Below, in pieces: positions 21,608 through 30,783 of a stretch of DNA of 43,588 nucleotides. Position 1 is the first letter of the stretch. Each line of letters begins with the position of its first letter. The notes beneath the pieces were generated by a model that saw only the letters and a program-made list of their open reading frames with translations, was not told where the DNA came from and searched no databases. Origin of the DNA: Sphingomonadales bacterium (lineage in GTDB: Bacteria; Pseudomonadota; Alphaproteobacteria; Sphingomonadales; CAKZYD01); contig JASFRS010000001.1 in the NCBI GenBank assembly GCA_050114795.1, positions 1 to 43,588 on the forward strand, in the 5' to 3' direction. Position numbers and translations under genes: made by a program.

Positions 21608-22231
21608 ATGTCATTAACGAAAGATATTTTACACAGCGCCATTCAAGAAGTGGCGCAAACAGACCAGCATGTCGCGGACGCAGTAAGCCTAGTTGGGCTG
21701 CCGGAAGAGCGCGTTCGTGGCGCAGGTTTTGCATCCTTGTTGCGGATATTGGTGGGACAGCAGCTTTCGATCAAAGCGGCGGCGAGCATCTGGACAAAAT
21801 TTGAGACCTTGTTAGGGGATATTTCCCCGGAGCGGGTCTTAAATTTTGAAATAGAAGAGTTGAGAAGTGCAGGCTTATCGCGCCAAAAAGCACTTTATGC
21901 CCGGGCTATGAGCGAAGCCATTGTTCAAGGCGGTTTGGATTTGGAAAATCTAAGCCAATTAGATGATGAGAGCGCGAGGTCTCATATCTGCGCCGTGAAG
22001 GGTTTGGGGCCCTGGACTGCGGATATTTACCTCCTGTTCTGCGATGGCCGCCATGACATCTGGCCGTCTGGAGATTTAGCCTTACAAGTTGCTTTGGGGC
22101 GCTTGAAGGGCTTGAAGGATAGGCCAACAGCGAAGGAGACGGTGCCACTGGTTGAACCTTGGCGGCCACATCGCGGTGCAATGGCTGTGTTTTTGTGGCA
22201 TTATTATGCGCAAAGTGATGCCCCTGTTTAA
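21608..22231 (+). CDS. alkA: DNA-3-methyladenine glycosylase II (HhH-GPD)
   Basis: 207 aa. HhH motif VKGLGPWTADIYLLF with a downstream Asp (WPSGDLAL). Lies 9 nt after ada, giving an ada-alkA operon. Confidence 0.85.
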   Translation: MSLTKDILHSAIQEVAQTDQHVADAVSLVGLPEERVRGAGFASLLRILVGQQLSIKAAASIWTKFETLLGDISPERVLNFEIEELRSAGLSRQKALYARAMSEAIVQGGLDLENLSQLDDESARSHICAVKGLGPWTADIYLLFCDGRHDIWPSGDLALQVALGRLKGLKDRPTAKETVPLVEPWRPHRGAMAVFLWHYYAQSDAPV

Positions 22232-22257
22232 GGATTGACTCCTATTTAAGGATTGCA

Positions 22258-23289
22258 ATGTCCCGCCTTGGAGAAAAAGCGGTCTACCATCTAAGCCAAA
22301 GCGCAAGAGTTGGCTTCTTCCTTGGTAATCGGCTTTTATCCAACAGATTATCCGGCCCCGTCGTTGCTTTGGATAAGGCCTCAGGCCCTATTCCAAGTCT
22401 CGCAGATTTATTGGCGGATATGCGGATATTGATGCAAGAGGACCTGGCCAATGTGCAAAAAGGCCTCTATCCCATGCCATTGGATGGCTTGACGAGCCCC
22501 ATGACCTCGCTGCGCCAAATGGTGCGTTATTTCGCAGACCTGCCCGCCATTCATCGCCGGCGTAAAGCAAAGCTACATCAAGAGATTACGCCTGAAGGTG
22601 GGTTGGAATTCCCACGCTATTATTTGCAGAATTTCCATTATCAAAGCGATGGTTGGCTGTCTGATGCATCTGCTCAGCGCTATGATTATCAGGTGGAAGT
22701 GGTATTTTTGGGTGCGGCTGACGCAATGCGTCGGCAACTTTTGGGGGAATTGGTTCAATGGGCGCGGGGTAAAAATGAGCCTGTAAAAATAGCTGACTTG
22801 GCCTGTGGGACCGGGCGGTTTCTACATCAAATACGCTCTGCCTTACCGGGTGCGAAATTGCATGGTGTGGATTTAAGTCCTTACTATATCGAGCGGGGGA
22901 AAAAGCGGTTTATTGGAGACCGAAATACGGTTCTAGAAATAAGTGCATTAGAGGCTCTGTCTTTAGGCGATGAGAGTTTTGATGCCTTAAGCTGCATATT
23001 TACCTTCCATGAATTACCACCAAAAATACGTGTTCAGGCCGCAAAAGAAATTGCGCGCGTGCTTAAGCCTGGTGGCCGCTATTTTCATATGGATAGCGTT
23101 CAAAAAGGGGATCATGCCCCTTATGAGGCGCTTTTGGACCTATTCCCGGATGCCTTTCACGAGCCCTATTATAAAAGCTATGTAAATACCGATTTACAGG
23201 CTTTGTTTGAAGGCGCGGGCCTAGTGTTGAAACAGCAGAGCCGCGCCTTTTTCTCGAAATTAAGTGTATTTGAAAAGCCTTTGACTTAA
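22258..23289 (+). CDS. Class I SAM-dependent methyltransferase with about 170-aa N-terminal extension
   Basis: Motif I IADLACGTGRFL, then post-I DLSPYY and FTFHELPP ... LKPGGRY. Confidence 0.8.
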   Translation: MSRLGEKAVYHLSQSARVGFFLGNRLLSNRLSGPVVALDKASGPIPSLADLLADMRILMQEDLANVQKGLYPMPLDGLTSPMTSLRQMVRYFADLPAIHRRRKAKLHQEITPEGGLEFPRYYLQNFHYQSDGWLSDASAQRYDYQVEVVFLGAADAMRRQLLGELVQWARGKNEPVKIADLACGTGRFLHQIRSALPGAKLHGVDLSPYYIERGKKRFIGDRNTVLEISALEALSLGDESFDALSCIFTFHELPPKIRVQAAKEIARVLKPGGRYFHMDSVQKGDHAPYEALLDLFPDAFHEPYYKSYVNTDLQALFEGAGLVLKQQSRAFFSKLSVFEKPLT

Positions 23290-23936
23290 CGCTTTTCAAG
23301 ACCTCTATTCTTCATCCGCCAAAGCAGCAAATCCATGCGATCCTGACCAAAGAATGGTTCGCCTTCAAAGACAAATGTGGGAACGCCCCAATGGCCCGCG
23401 GCCTCTAATGCTTTTTGATTGGCGTCCACCTTGGCGCTGTAGCCATCCGGGTCCGCGGCAATTTTCTTATCCAGCGCGTCCAGGTCTAGACCTGCTCTTG
23501 CAACGGCTTCATGCAAATGCGGGCCTTCATTCCAAGGTTGGATTTTGCCGGACCATATCAATGTCGCGACCTCATAAGCAAAGGCAACGCCTTTACCTTC
23601 TTCTTCAGCCGCGACACCTAGATGTGTCAAACGGTGGATATAGGGCTGATCATCAAGCGCATCACGTGTGACAGGGTCAGTCACAACCGGGTCCGGGTTC
23701 GGCCAGGCAAGGGGAATTTGCTCCATTTCAGCAATGCGAACGATATCACGTAGAAGATATGGCACCCATAGAGGGTTTTGGCGGGTGAAAAAGCCTTTTA
23801 CACGCACAGCCAATGGCAAGACTGGTCTTAGGTGGATGTCCACGTCATACTCATCTAGTAGCGCCTTGGTGCGCGGGATAGATAAATAGGAATAGGGACT
23901 GCGGAAAGAGTAAAATAAATCAAGATTTAACGTCAT
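23286..23936 (-). CDS. 2-hydroxychromene-2-carboxylate isomerase / DsbA-like (kappa-GST) family protein
   Basis: N-terminus LDLFYSFRSPYSYL and C-terminal GVPTFVFEGEPFFGQDRMDLL are typical of the family. ATG 23936 has AAGGA upstream; the track start 23981 overlaps the upstream gene. Confidence 0.8.
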   Translation of the reverse strand: MTLNLDLFYSFRSPYSYLSIPRTKALLDEYDVDIHLRPVLPLAVRVKGFFTRQNPLWVPYLLRDIVRIAEMEQIPLAWPNPDPVVTDPVTRDALDDQPYIHRLTHLGVAAEEEGKGVAFAYEVATLIWSGKIQPWNEGPHLHEAVARAGLDLDALDKKIAADPDGYSAKVDANQKALEAAGHWGVPTFVFEGEPFFGQDRMDLLLWRMKNRGLEKR

Positions 23937-23946
23937 GCCATATCCT

Positions 23947-25521
23947 TTAAACAGAGGCTGCCATTGCCCGGGCCGATGCATAATCTGCCTTGCCTGAGGG
24001 CTGGCGAGGTACCTGGTCTACGAAATAAATGCGTTTGGGTGCTTTATAGTCAGCCAGTTCCGACTTCACATGTGCAATTAATTGCGCTTCATTGACTGAA
24101 CCTGGGGTATGAGAAGAAACAACAGCACAAATTTTCTGCCCCCATTTTTCATCTTCCATACCGAAAACCAAAGCGTCATCGACATATTTGTGGCGTTTCA
24201 AAGTTTCCTCCACTTCCTCGGGAAAGACTTTTTCACCGCCTGTATTAATGCACTGATTGCCACGTCCCAGCAGGATGAGCGTTCCATCCGCCCCGCGCTG
24301 CCCCCAGTCACCAGGTACGGAATAGCGGATGCCATCTATAACCGGGAATGTGCGTGCCGTTTTTTCCGGATCTTTATAATAACCAAGCGGGATTGCACCC
24401 CCACGGGCAATTAATCCACGCTCATTACTGTCCAATGGAATCTCGCTTAAATCCTCCCGCAGCAATTTGGTCTGGCGGCCCATTTGAAAAGCTGCTGTGC
24501 GCGATGAAGATTTAGCGGATGTTACGGAAGTTCCGATGCTCAGTCCTTCCGATGAGCCATAGGTGTCAAACACGGTCATATGCGGGTTGTGCTTTAAAAG
24601 GCCTTGTTTCATTTCTTTGCTGAACATAGCGCCTGAAGAAATAATAAGCCCTAAGCTTGCGATGGAGCCTTTGCCTGCATCAAGGCTTTTAAGTAACGGG
24701 CGTGCGAAAGCATCGCCGACAAGCAATAAGGTTGTTGCTTGATGGCGTTCAATCTCATGTAACAACTCATCCGTATTGAAATGGAGAGAGGGAAGGGTAA
24801 TGACCGCTCCACCATTCGCCAAAGCATTGAGCGCCGTCATGAGTCCAGCCCCATGCATGAAGGGCGCTGCGGCCATCAAGCGACCATAGCGCCCATGTTT
24901 GCGAATGTTTTCGATGTGCTCTTCCATGGACTTAGGCCGCGGATTGCCGCGCCTGATAGACCCACCACCCAAGGCTTGCCAAAGATCATCCTGCCGCCAT
25001 ATGACGGCTTTGGGCATGCCTGTCGTGCCGCCGGTATAAACGAAAAACTGATCATCGCCAGAGCGTTCAATATCAAGGGGTATGCCAGAATGTGTGCTGA
25101 TGAGATGTTCATAGTCCTGATCGATATTGATCCATGCTTTCACGTCAGGCAGTCTGGACTTTAGCGCTTCTACCATATCGATGAATTCTTCACTAAACAG
25201 CACGATCTCGCTGTCTGAATTTTCAAAGATATAAAGCAGTTCATCGCCCTTATAGCGGTAATTCACGTTGACATGGACGAGGCGCGCTTTCTGTGCCGCA
25301 ATTACGCCTTCGATATAGGCTGGATGGTTGCGCATTAGGAAAGCGACTTTACCGTCAGGTTTAACCCCAAAATTCTGCATTGCGCGCGCAAGCGCGTTCG
25401 TGCGAGCGTCGAAATCATTCCAACTGATGCACTGCTCGCCATGCAACAGGACAGGGGCATGTCCGTCCATATTTGAAGCCACGGCTTCAACAATATCAGC
25501 GAAATTCCAATGTCCACTCAT
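23947..25521 (-). CDS. Acyl-CoA synthetase (AMP-forming ligase superfamily)
   Basis: AMP-binding motif FVYTGGTTGMPKAV, then TYGSSEG, GDWG...DG and C-terminal PSGKADY. The track start 25533 is TTG; ATG 25521 (MSGHWNFADIVEA) is the more typical N-terminus. Confidence 0.88.
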   Translation of the reverse strand: MSGHWNFADIVEAVASNMDGHAPVLLHGEQCISWNDFDARTNALARAMQNFGVKPDGKVAFLMRNHPAYIEGVIAAQKARLVHVNVNYRYKGDELLYIFENSDSEIVLFSEEFIDMVEALKSRLPDVKAWINIDQDYEHLISTHSGIPLDIERSGDDQFFVYTGGTTGMPKAVIWRQDDLWQALGGGSIRRGNPRPKSMEEHIENIRKHGRYGRLMAAAPFMHGAGLMTALNALANGGAVITLPSLHFNTDELLHEIERHQATTLLLVGDAFARPLLKSLDAGKGSIASLGLIISSGAMFSKEMKQGLLKHNPHMTVFDTYGSSEGLSIGTSVTSAKSSSRTAAFQMGRQTKLLREDLSEIPLDSNERGLIARGGAIPLGYYKDPEKTARTFPVIDGIRYSVPGDWGQRGADGTLILLGRGNQCINTGGEKVFPEEVEETLKRHKYVDDALVFGMEDEKWGQKICAVVSSHTPGSVNEAQLIAHVKSELADYKAPKRIYFVDQVPRQPSGKADYASARAMAASV

Positions 25522-25529
25522 GTAATAAC

Positions 25530-26261
25530 TCAATCAAATATGGTCATTTCATTATTGTCTAAACCGCTATGTTTTTGACGCAAAGTCTTGAATAGATTCA
25601 TCTGCATGACAGCAAAGAAAACGCCGAAAAAGCCAGAGATGATTTGGCTGATAATTATGTACCAGATGCCGGCATTTTCAACGTCTCCTCCTGCAAAGAC
25701 ATTTGCGATGGCTTCCCAGAAGCTGCTGATGACGAGAAGGAGCGCGACCAAAATAAGAAGAAGGCCTAAGACCTGCCAGCGGAAACCTTTTGTGAGGTCA
25801 GCACTTCTATTTAAAGCTTGGTTTAGCGTTAGATGCTCAACCACCAGTGCAGGTGCAGCCACGGACCATAGGATAGTGAGAAAAATTCCAGGAATAACCA
25901 AAGCAAGAAAGCCAAGCACTGTTAAAACCCCGGTCACGATACTGAGAAGCAGTAACGGAATAAAATTTTCAAAGGTAAGAGACCATGGTCCTTTTCCGGT
26001 CTCATGCGGACCAAAAAGATCTAGGTACATGCGCGCAAATATCATGGCTTGTCCAAGAATGGTCGTTAAAGCCGCGCCGATTATAAGCACAATGATATTG
26101 CTTAAATTAAGATTTGCTGGGTTTTGCAGGCCAGTTGCATAATAAATTAAGATACCTGGGAATGCATGAATAGCGAGCGCAACACCAACAACAATATCTG
26201 TGTTTTTTTGCACCCAATCCAGGCTTTCCTTGAAAATTTGCGTGATGGAAATGGGGTGCAT
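25530..26261 (-). CDS. Integral membrane protein, unknown function (about 243 aa)
   Basis: About 6 predicted TM helices starting from MHPISITQIFKES. The upstream 104 codons of the track ORF are not protein-like and would overlap the divergent ACAD gene. Its stop lies 8 nt before the acyl-CoA synthetase ATG. Confidence 0.6.
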   Translation of the reverse strand: MHPISITQIFKESLDWVQKNTDIVVGVALAIHAFPGILIYYATGLQNPANLNLSNIIVLIIGAALTTILGQAMIFARMYLDLFGPHETGKGPWSLTFENFIPLLLLSIVTGVLTVLGFLALVIPGIFLTILWSVAAPALVVEHLTLNQALNRSADLTKGFRWQVLGLLLILVALLLVISSFWEAIANVFAGGDVENAGIWYIIISQIISGFFGVFFAVMQMNLFKTLRQKHSGLDNNEMTIFD

Positions 26262-26404
26262 ATGTGGGTTAAACCTTCTTATATAGAATTCTGAATAGCG
26301 CCTATGTGAGCAGCTTGCGTGAAAAGCTGCAAGGGCGAATTGCGCATAGGGGGAAAACACCATAGGCTCATTTTTGGGAAAATGAGGAAGAGGCGCGACA
26401 TCAG

Positions 26405-27511
26405 ATGAATTTCGACTTCTCAACGGAGCAGGAAGAACTCCGCCGTCAGGTGGCCAAATTTTTCGAAACACAAGGGCGTTGCAGAGCTGCACGTGCGGTT
26501 CTTGATGGGGACCAGAATTATGATCGTGAGAGCTGGGCCAAAGCGGCTGAAATGGGCTGGCTGGGGGCTGCAATTGAAGAAAATTACGGCGGCGTTGGCT
26601 TAGGCTATCTTGAATTATGCGTGCTTTTTGAAGAAGTCGGTCGCGCCATGAGCCCTATTCCTTATGCTTCAACAATATTTGCAGCGGAGGCCATTAGAAA
26701 GGCAGGCAGTCCAGCCCAAAAGGAAAAATACCTACCGCGAATTGTGGATGGCAGCGTCATTGCTTGCTGTGCGTTTTTTGAGCCGGGACAACGTGACATC
26801 AGCGGGTCTGTGAAAACTATCTGTCAGAACGAAAAATTAACCGGGGAAAAAGCGCCAGTTTCTGATTTGACACTTGCAGACCTAGCTATTGTCAGTGCGC
26901 AGGGTGAACACGGTCTTGATCTTTATGTGGTGGACCTAAATACTCAAGGTATTGAGTGTGAAAATTTAGAGGCTGTGGAACTGGTGCGTCCCCAGGGTCA
27001 CTTGAAGCTGGATAGCGTTTCTGCGGAGCGCCTGGGCGATGCAGGGCAAGGCGCTGAGCATCTTCGTCATCTTCTCGACATTCAGGCTGTATTGACAGCT
27101 TTTGAACAAATTGGCAGCGCTGAAGCAGCGATGACAATGAGCCTTGATTATGCGAAAGATCGTCATGCTTTTGGGCGTCCAATTGGTGGCAATCAGGCGG
27201 TTAAGCACAAATTGGCGGATATGTTTGTGAAAAACCAATTGGCTCGCTCGCACGCCTATTATGGGGCTTGGGCGCTGGCTTCTGATGCACCTGAATTACC
27301 ACGTGCGGCCGCTGGTGCTCATCTCGCTGCAAGTGAAGCCCTGGATTATGCCGGCCAAGAAAGCGTGGAAATACATGGGGGCATTGGTTTTACCTGGGAA
27401 TCTGATTGCCAGTTTTTTTACCGCCGTGCGCGCCTGTTATCGCAAAACTTAGGGGCCAAGTCCTATTGGGTGGAACAATTGATAGCGCAACTGCGCGGAC
27501 GAAATAGATAA
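26405..27511 (+). CDS. Acyl-CoA dehydrogenase family protein, beta-like (apparently non-catalytic) subunit
   Basis: 368 aa with an ACAD fold (FDFSTEQEELR..., GGNQAVKHKLADM, IHGGIGFTWE). The FAD motif reads FFEPGQRD rather than EPxAGSD, the IVD-type catalytic Glu position reads LLDIQAV, and there is no C-terminal YEGT. Confidence 0.82.
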   Translation: MNFDFSTEQEELRRQVAKFFETQGRCRAARAVLDGDQNYDRESWAKAAEMGWLGAAIEENYGGVGLGYLELCVLFEEVGRAMSPIPYASTIFAAEAIRKAGSPAQKEKYLPRIVDGSVIACCAFFEPGQRDISGSVKTICQNEKLTGEKAPVSDLTLADLAIVSAQGEHGLDLYVVDLNTQGIECENLEAVELVRPQGHLKLDSVSAERLGDAGQGAEHLRHLLDIQAVLTAFEQIGSAEAAMTMSLDYAKDRHAFGRPIGGNQAVKHKLADMFVKNQLARSHAYYGAWALASDAPELPRAAAGAHLAASEALDYAGQESVEIHGGIGFTWESDCQFFYRRARLLSQNLGAKSYWVEQLIAQLRGRNR

Positions 27512-27522
27512 GGAGCTAAGCC

Positions 27523-28737
27523 ATGGACTTTGAAGATACCAAAAGCGAAGCAGACTATCGCGCGCAGGTTAGAAGCTGGCTTGAGGCCAATGCGGAGGAT
27601 TATCGCAACGCTCCTGCGAAAGCCTGGGAAGAAGATGAGTTTGTTGAGCGTGCCAAGGCCTGGCAGGCGCAGAAAATGCAAGCTGGCTATGTAGCTATAA
27701 CGTGGCCCAAGGAAATCGGCGGTCAAGGTGGCACACCTATCCAGCAGGTTATTTTTTCACAGGAAGAAAGCAAATATCATGTACCACTAGGCTTGTTTGA
27801 AATCGGCCTTGGCATGTGTATTCCCACAGTTGTTAAACATGGAACAGCGGACCACGCTAAACGCTATGTCCCGCCCGCCCTTTTAGGGAAAGAGGTCTGG
27901 TGCCAGCTTTTCTCGGAGCCTGCCGCAGGCTCTGATCTGGCCGGTATTCGTACCAAGGCTGTACGTGACGGAGATAACTGGGTTATTAATGGCCAAAAAG
28001 TCTGGACCAGTTGGGGCCATCGGGCGGATTATGGGATTTTAATCACGCGGACGGACTTTAATGTGCCCAAACATAAGGGCATGACGATGTTCTTCCTGGA
28101 TATGAAAAGTCCGGGTGTGGAGGTTCGCCCTATTAAACAAATGTCTGGGGCGTCCAATTTCAATGAAGTGTTTTTCAATGATGTCGTCATTCCGGATAGC
28201 CAGCGTTTAGGTGATGTGGGCGATGGCTGGCGTGTCTCCTTGACGACTTTGATGAATGAAAGGCTTGCTGTTGGCGGTAAACCCTCATCCGCGCCTGCCG
28301 CCGGGGATTTCGTGCAATTGGCTGAATATTTTGATGCCGTGGATGATGGCAGTGTGAAGCAGGCCATAGCGGATTTTTATTTAAAAGATGAAGGGGTTCG
28401 TTTGACCCGCATGCGCGCCTTAACGGCACTATCGCGCGGACAGCTTCCAGGGCCTGAAGCATCACTGGGTAAATTGGTGATTGCGAAAGCTTTGCAGGAT
28501 GGTGGGCAGGCGGTTATGGATATGGCTGGTCCAGCAGGCCTTATCAGGGATAAGCAAAACGCCCCAGCTTTAGACAAATGGCAGGCGTCATATATCTGGT
28601 CGGCTGGATTGCGGATCGCTGGTGGCACGGATGAGATTTTGCGCAATATTATCGCTGAGCGTGTGCTTGGCCTACCGGGGGATGTGCGGGTGGATAAAGA
28701 CAAAGCCTTTAACGAACTCCCGACTGGGAAATCCTAA
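27523..28737 (+). CDS. Acyl-CoA dehydrogenase, alpha-like (catalytic) subunit
   Basis: 404 aa. Canonical FSEPAAGSDLAGIRTKA and INGQKVWTSW, LMNERLAVGG (Glu at the IVD/LCAD-type base position) and GGTDEILRNIIAERVLGLP. Lies 11 nt after the preceding ACAD gene. Confidence 0.88.
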   Translation: MDFEDTKSEADYRAQVRSWLEANAEDYRNAPAKAWEEDEFVERAKAWQAQKMQAGYVAITWPKEIGGQGGTPIQQVIFSQEESKYHVPLGLFEIGLGMCIPTVVKHGTADHAKRYVPPALLGKEVWCQLFSEPAAGSDLAGIRTKAVRDGDNWVINGQKVWTSWGHRADYGILITRTDFNVPKHKGMTMFFLDMKSPGVEVRPIKQMSGASNFNEVFFNDVVIPDSQRLGDVGDGWRVSLTTLMNERLAVGGKPSSAPAAGDFVQLAEYFDAVDDGSVKQAIADFYLKDEGVRLTRMRALTALSRGQLPGPEASLGKLVIAKALQDGGQAVMDMAGPAGLIRDKQNAPALDKWQASYIWSAGLRIAGGTDEILRNIIAERVLGLPGDVRVDKDKAFNELPTGKS

Positions 28738-28771
28738 GCTTAGATTGCGCTTCAGGTGAAAGATGATTAAG

Positions 28772-28803
28772 CAGGGCTCCAATCTTTATTGGCTGGAGCC
28801 CTG
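28772..28803 (+). terminator. Hairpin terminator after the ACAD pair
   Basis: CAGGGCTCCA (28772-28781), 12-nt loop, TGGAGCCCTG (28794-28803), then ATTTGTCTT. Confidence 0.55.
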
Positions 28804-28805
28804 AT

Positions 28806-29981
28806 TTGTCTTGGGATGTTATTATTATTGGTGCAGGTGCTGCAGGCATGATGTGTGCTGCGGTTGCTGGGCAACGTGGTCGACGTGTGCTGCTTTTAGA
28901 TCATGCAAAAAAACCTGGGGAAAAGGTTCGGATATCAGGCGGTGGGCGCTGTAATTTTACGAATATGCATTCAATGCCCGCGAATTTCCTCTCCCAAAAT
29001 CCTCATTTCATGAAATCAGCCCTAAAGCGTTATAGGCCGCAGGATTTTATCGCTTTGGTGGAGCGTTATGGCATCGCCTATCATGAGAAAACGCTTGGGC
29101 AGCTTTTTTGCGACGGCTCTTCACAGCAGATTATTGATATGCTTTTGCAGGAATGTGAGAAGGCTCAAGTTGAACTTAAGCTTGATACCCATGTTGAACG
29201 CGTTGAATTTCGCGATGATCTTTTCCAAATAGCCACAAATAGGGGTGAATTTTCAGCACCTGCACTGGTCATCGCGACTGGCGGTAAATCCATTCCTAAA
29301 ATGGGGGCAACAGGCTTTGGTTATGATATTGCGCGGCAGTTTGGTTTGAACATTGTTACACCGCGCGCTGGATTGGTCCCCCTAACCTTCACAGGCGAAA
29401 TAGCTACATCTCTGGCCAGCCTGTCTGGCGTTTCCGTTGATGCAGTAGTGACCTGCAATGGCGCGCGTTTTAGAGAAGGTTTGTTGTTTACGCACAGAGG
29501 ATTATCGGGCCCGTCTATATTGCAGATTTCATCTTATTGGCGGGAAGGGGACGAAATTGCGGTGAATCTTGCGCCTGATATTTCGCTTTTTGATGAATTG
29601 AAAGCTAAGCGAAAAAGTGATGGAAAAAAGACTCTTGCCAGTCATCTGCATAATTATTTGCCCAAGCGCGTGATTGAATTTTTAGGCGATAATGAGGTGC
29701 AGAAAATGCGCCTGGCAGATGTGTCCGATAAACAATTGCGTGGTGAGGTCGAGCGTTTTCAAAGCTGGAAAATCACACCTCAAGGCAGCGAAGGTTATCG
29801 GACTGCTGAAGTCACATTGGGCGGCATTGATACTGCTGAATTATCGTCAAAGACTATGGAATCTGCCAAGCAAAAGGGCTTATATTTTATTGGTGAGGTT
29901 GTCGATGTAACTGGCCATTTAGGCGGGCATAATTTCCAATGGGCCTGGGCTTCCGCCGTGGCTGCAGGAAATGCCCTTTAA
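28806..29981 (+). CDS. BaiN/HI0933-family NAD(P)/FAD-dependent oxidoreductase
   Basis: 391 aa. WDVIIIGAGAAGMMCA dinucleotide fold, GGGRCNFTN, FTHRGLSGPSILQ and YFIGEVVDVTGHLGGHNFQWAW. The start is TTG and there is no in-frame ATG nearby. Confidence 0.85.
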   Translation: MSWDVIIIGAGAAGMMCAAVAGQRGRRVLLLDHAKKPGEKVRISGGGRCNFTNMHSMPANFLSQNPHFMKSALKRYRPQDFIALVERYGIAYHEKTLGQLFCDGSSQQIIDMLLQECEKAQVELKLDTHVERVEFRDDLFQIATNRGEFSAPALVIATGGKSIPKMGATGFGYDIARQFGLNIVTPRAGLVPLTFTGEIATSLASLSGVSVDAVVTCNGARFREGLLFTHRGLSGPSILQISSYWREGDEIAVNLAPDISLFDELKAKRKSDGKKTLASHLHNYLPKRVIEFLGDNEVQKMRLADVSDKQLRGEVERFQSWKITPQGSEGYRTAEVTLGGIDTAELSSKTMESAKQKGLYFIGEVVDVTGHLGGHNFQWAWASAVAAGNAL

Positions 29982-30064
29982 GGGTGTTCCTATCATAAGT
30001 TATAGTGTTTGCGTCTGTAGCGTAGCGTATTTTCCATGATGTTGGACTATGGGGGGGATAGTCC

Positions 30065-30730
30065 ATGTTTGAGCATGATGTCCTGCGCTGGCTGCATGTC
30101 CTCGCATTCGGGTATTGGATTGGCGGGGAGTTGGGGGTTTTCCACGCATCTCATATGGTGGTGAATCGAAATTTAGATGTTGATGAGCGGTTACGTCATA
30201 TGGAGGTCGCTTACCGCATTGATATTGTACACCGTTTCGCGATTATCTTTTTGTTAGCTCTCGGCCTTCACATGGGTTTCAATCTGGGTATTCAGCCATT
30301 GGGAGGCATGTGGTTGGTCGCCATGTGGGTGCTGGTGGCAATTTGGTGCGCCTTGACCTGGATGACCTTTGCAAAGCGTGGTAGTGATTTGGGTTTGCTC
30401 CTGACCCGTATTGATGATCGTATTCGCTATATATTGATGCCCACACTCATTGGCCTAGGGCTTTGGTCACTCATTTATGGCGAGCCGTTTTCTGCCAAAT
30501 GGTATTCGGCTAAAGTACTAATATTTGGCACGATCTTCATCATTGGACTTTATATGCGAAAGGTCATGCAGCGTTGGATTTTGATTTTTCGTGAAATGAA
30601 ACAAAATGGTTCTAAACCGGAGCTAGAAGATGTCTTATCAACCGATATGAAGGTTGCTGTGCGTTTGGCTTATGTGTATTGGGTGGCAATCATAGGCATT
30701 GCGTTCCTTGGTGTGACCAAGCCCTTTTAA
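30065..30730 (+). CDS. Integral membrane protein, unknown function
   Basis: 221 aa with about 6 TM helices. The first helix carries LRWLHVLAFGYWIGGELGVFH. Family not recognised. Confidence 0.6.
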   Translation: MFEHDVLRWLHVLAFGYWIGGELGVFHASHMVVNRNLDVDERLRHMEVAYRIDIVHRFAIIFLLALGLHMGFNLGIQPLGGMWLVAMWVLVAIWCALTWMTFAKRGSDLGLLLTRIDDRIRYILMPTLIGLGLWSLIYGEPFSAKWYSAKVLIFGTIFIIGLYMRKVMQRWILIFREMKQNGSKPELEDVLSTDMKVAVRLAYVYWVAIIGIAFLGVTKPF

Positions 30731-30739
30731 GTAAAAGAA

Positions 30740-30757
30740 AGGGCGCCGAAGCGCCCT
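30740..30757. terminator. Bidirectional hairpin between convergent genes
   Basis: AGGGCGC-CGAA-GCGCCCT. It is flanked by an A-run on the plus side, which is a U-run for the minus-strand receptor gene. Confidence 0.6.
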
Positions 30758-30783
30758 AACTTAGTCTCTATGATCCATAATTT

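Noticed and set aside
22227-22255. An 11-nt direct repeat TTTAAGGATTG x2, 18 bp apart, spanning the alkA stop and the methyltransferase RBS
   Set aside because: It is of marginal statistical significance and most simply explained as a small duplication that creates the AAGGA RBS. No further copies were seen.
26262-26404. Nested short inverted repeats (CCTATG...GCAGCTT-N7-AAGCTGC...CATAGG) in the divergent promoter region of the ACAD cluster
   Set aside because: Arms of 6-7 bp are within chance expectation. It is a plausible operator but is not supportable from this window alone.
30044-30064. A hairpin GGACTAT-GGGGGGG-ATAGTCC directly before ATG 30065, considered as a possible phase-variable G7 tract or RBS structure
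   Set aside because: Seven-bp stems and 7-nt homopolymers are each expected several times by chance in 43 kb. G7 is short for slipped-strand switching, and changes in its length would not alter the reading frame.
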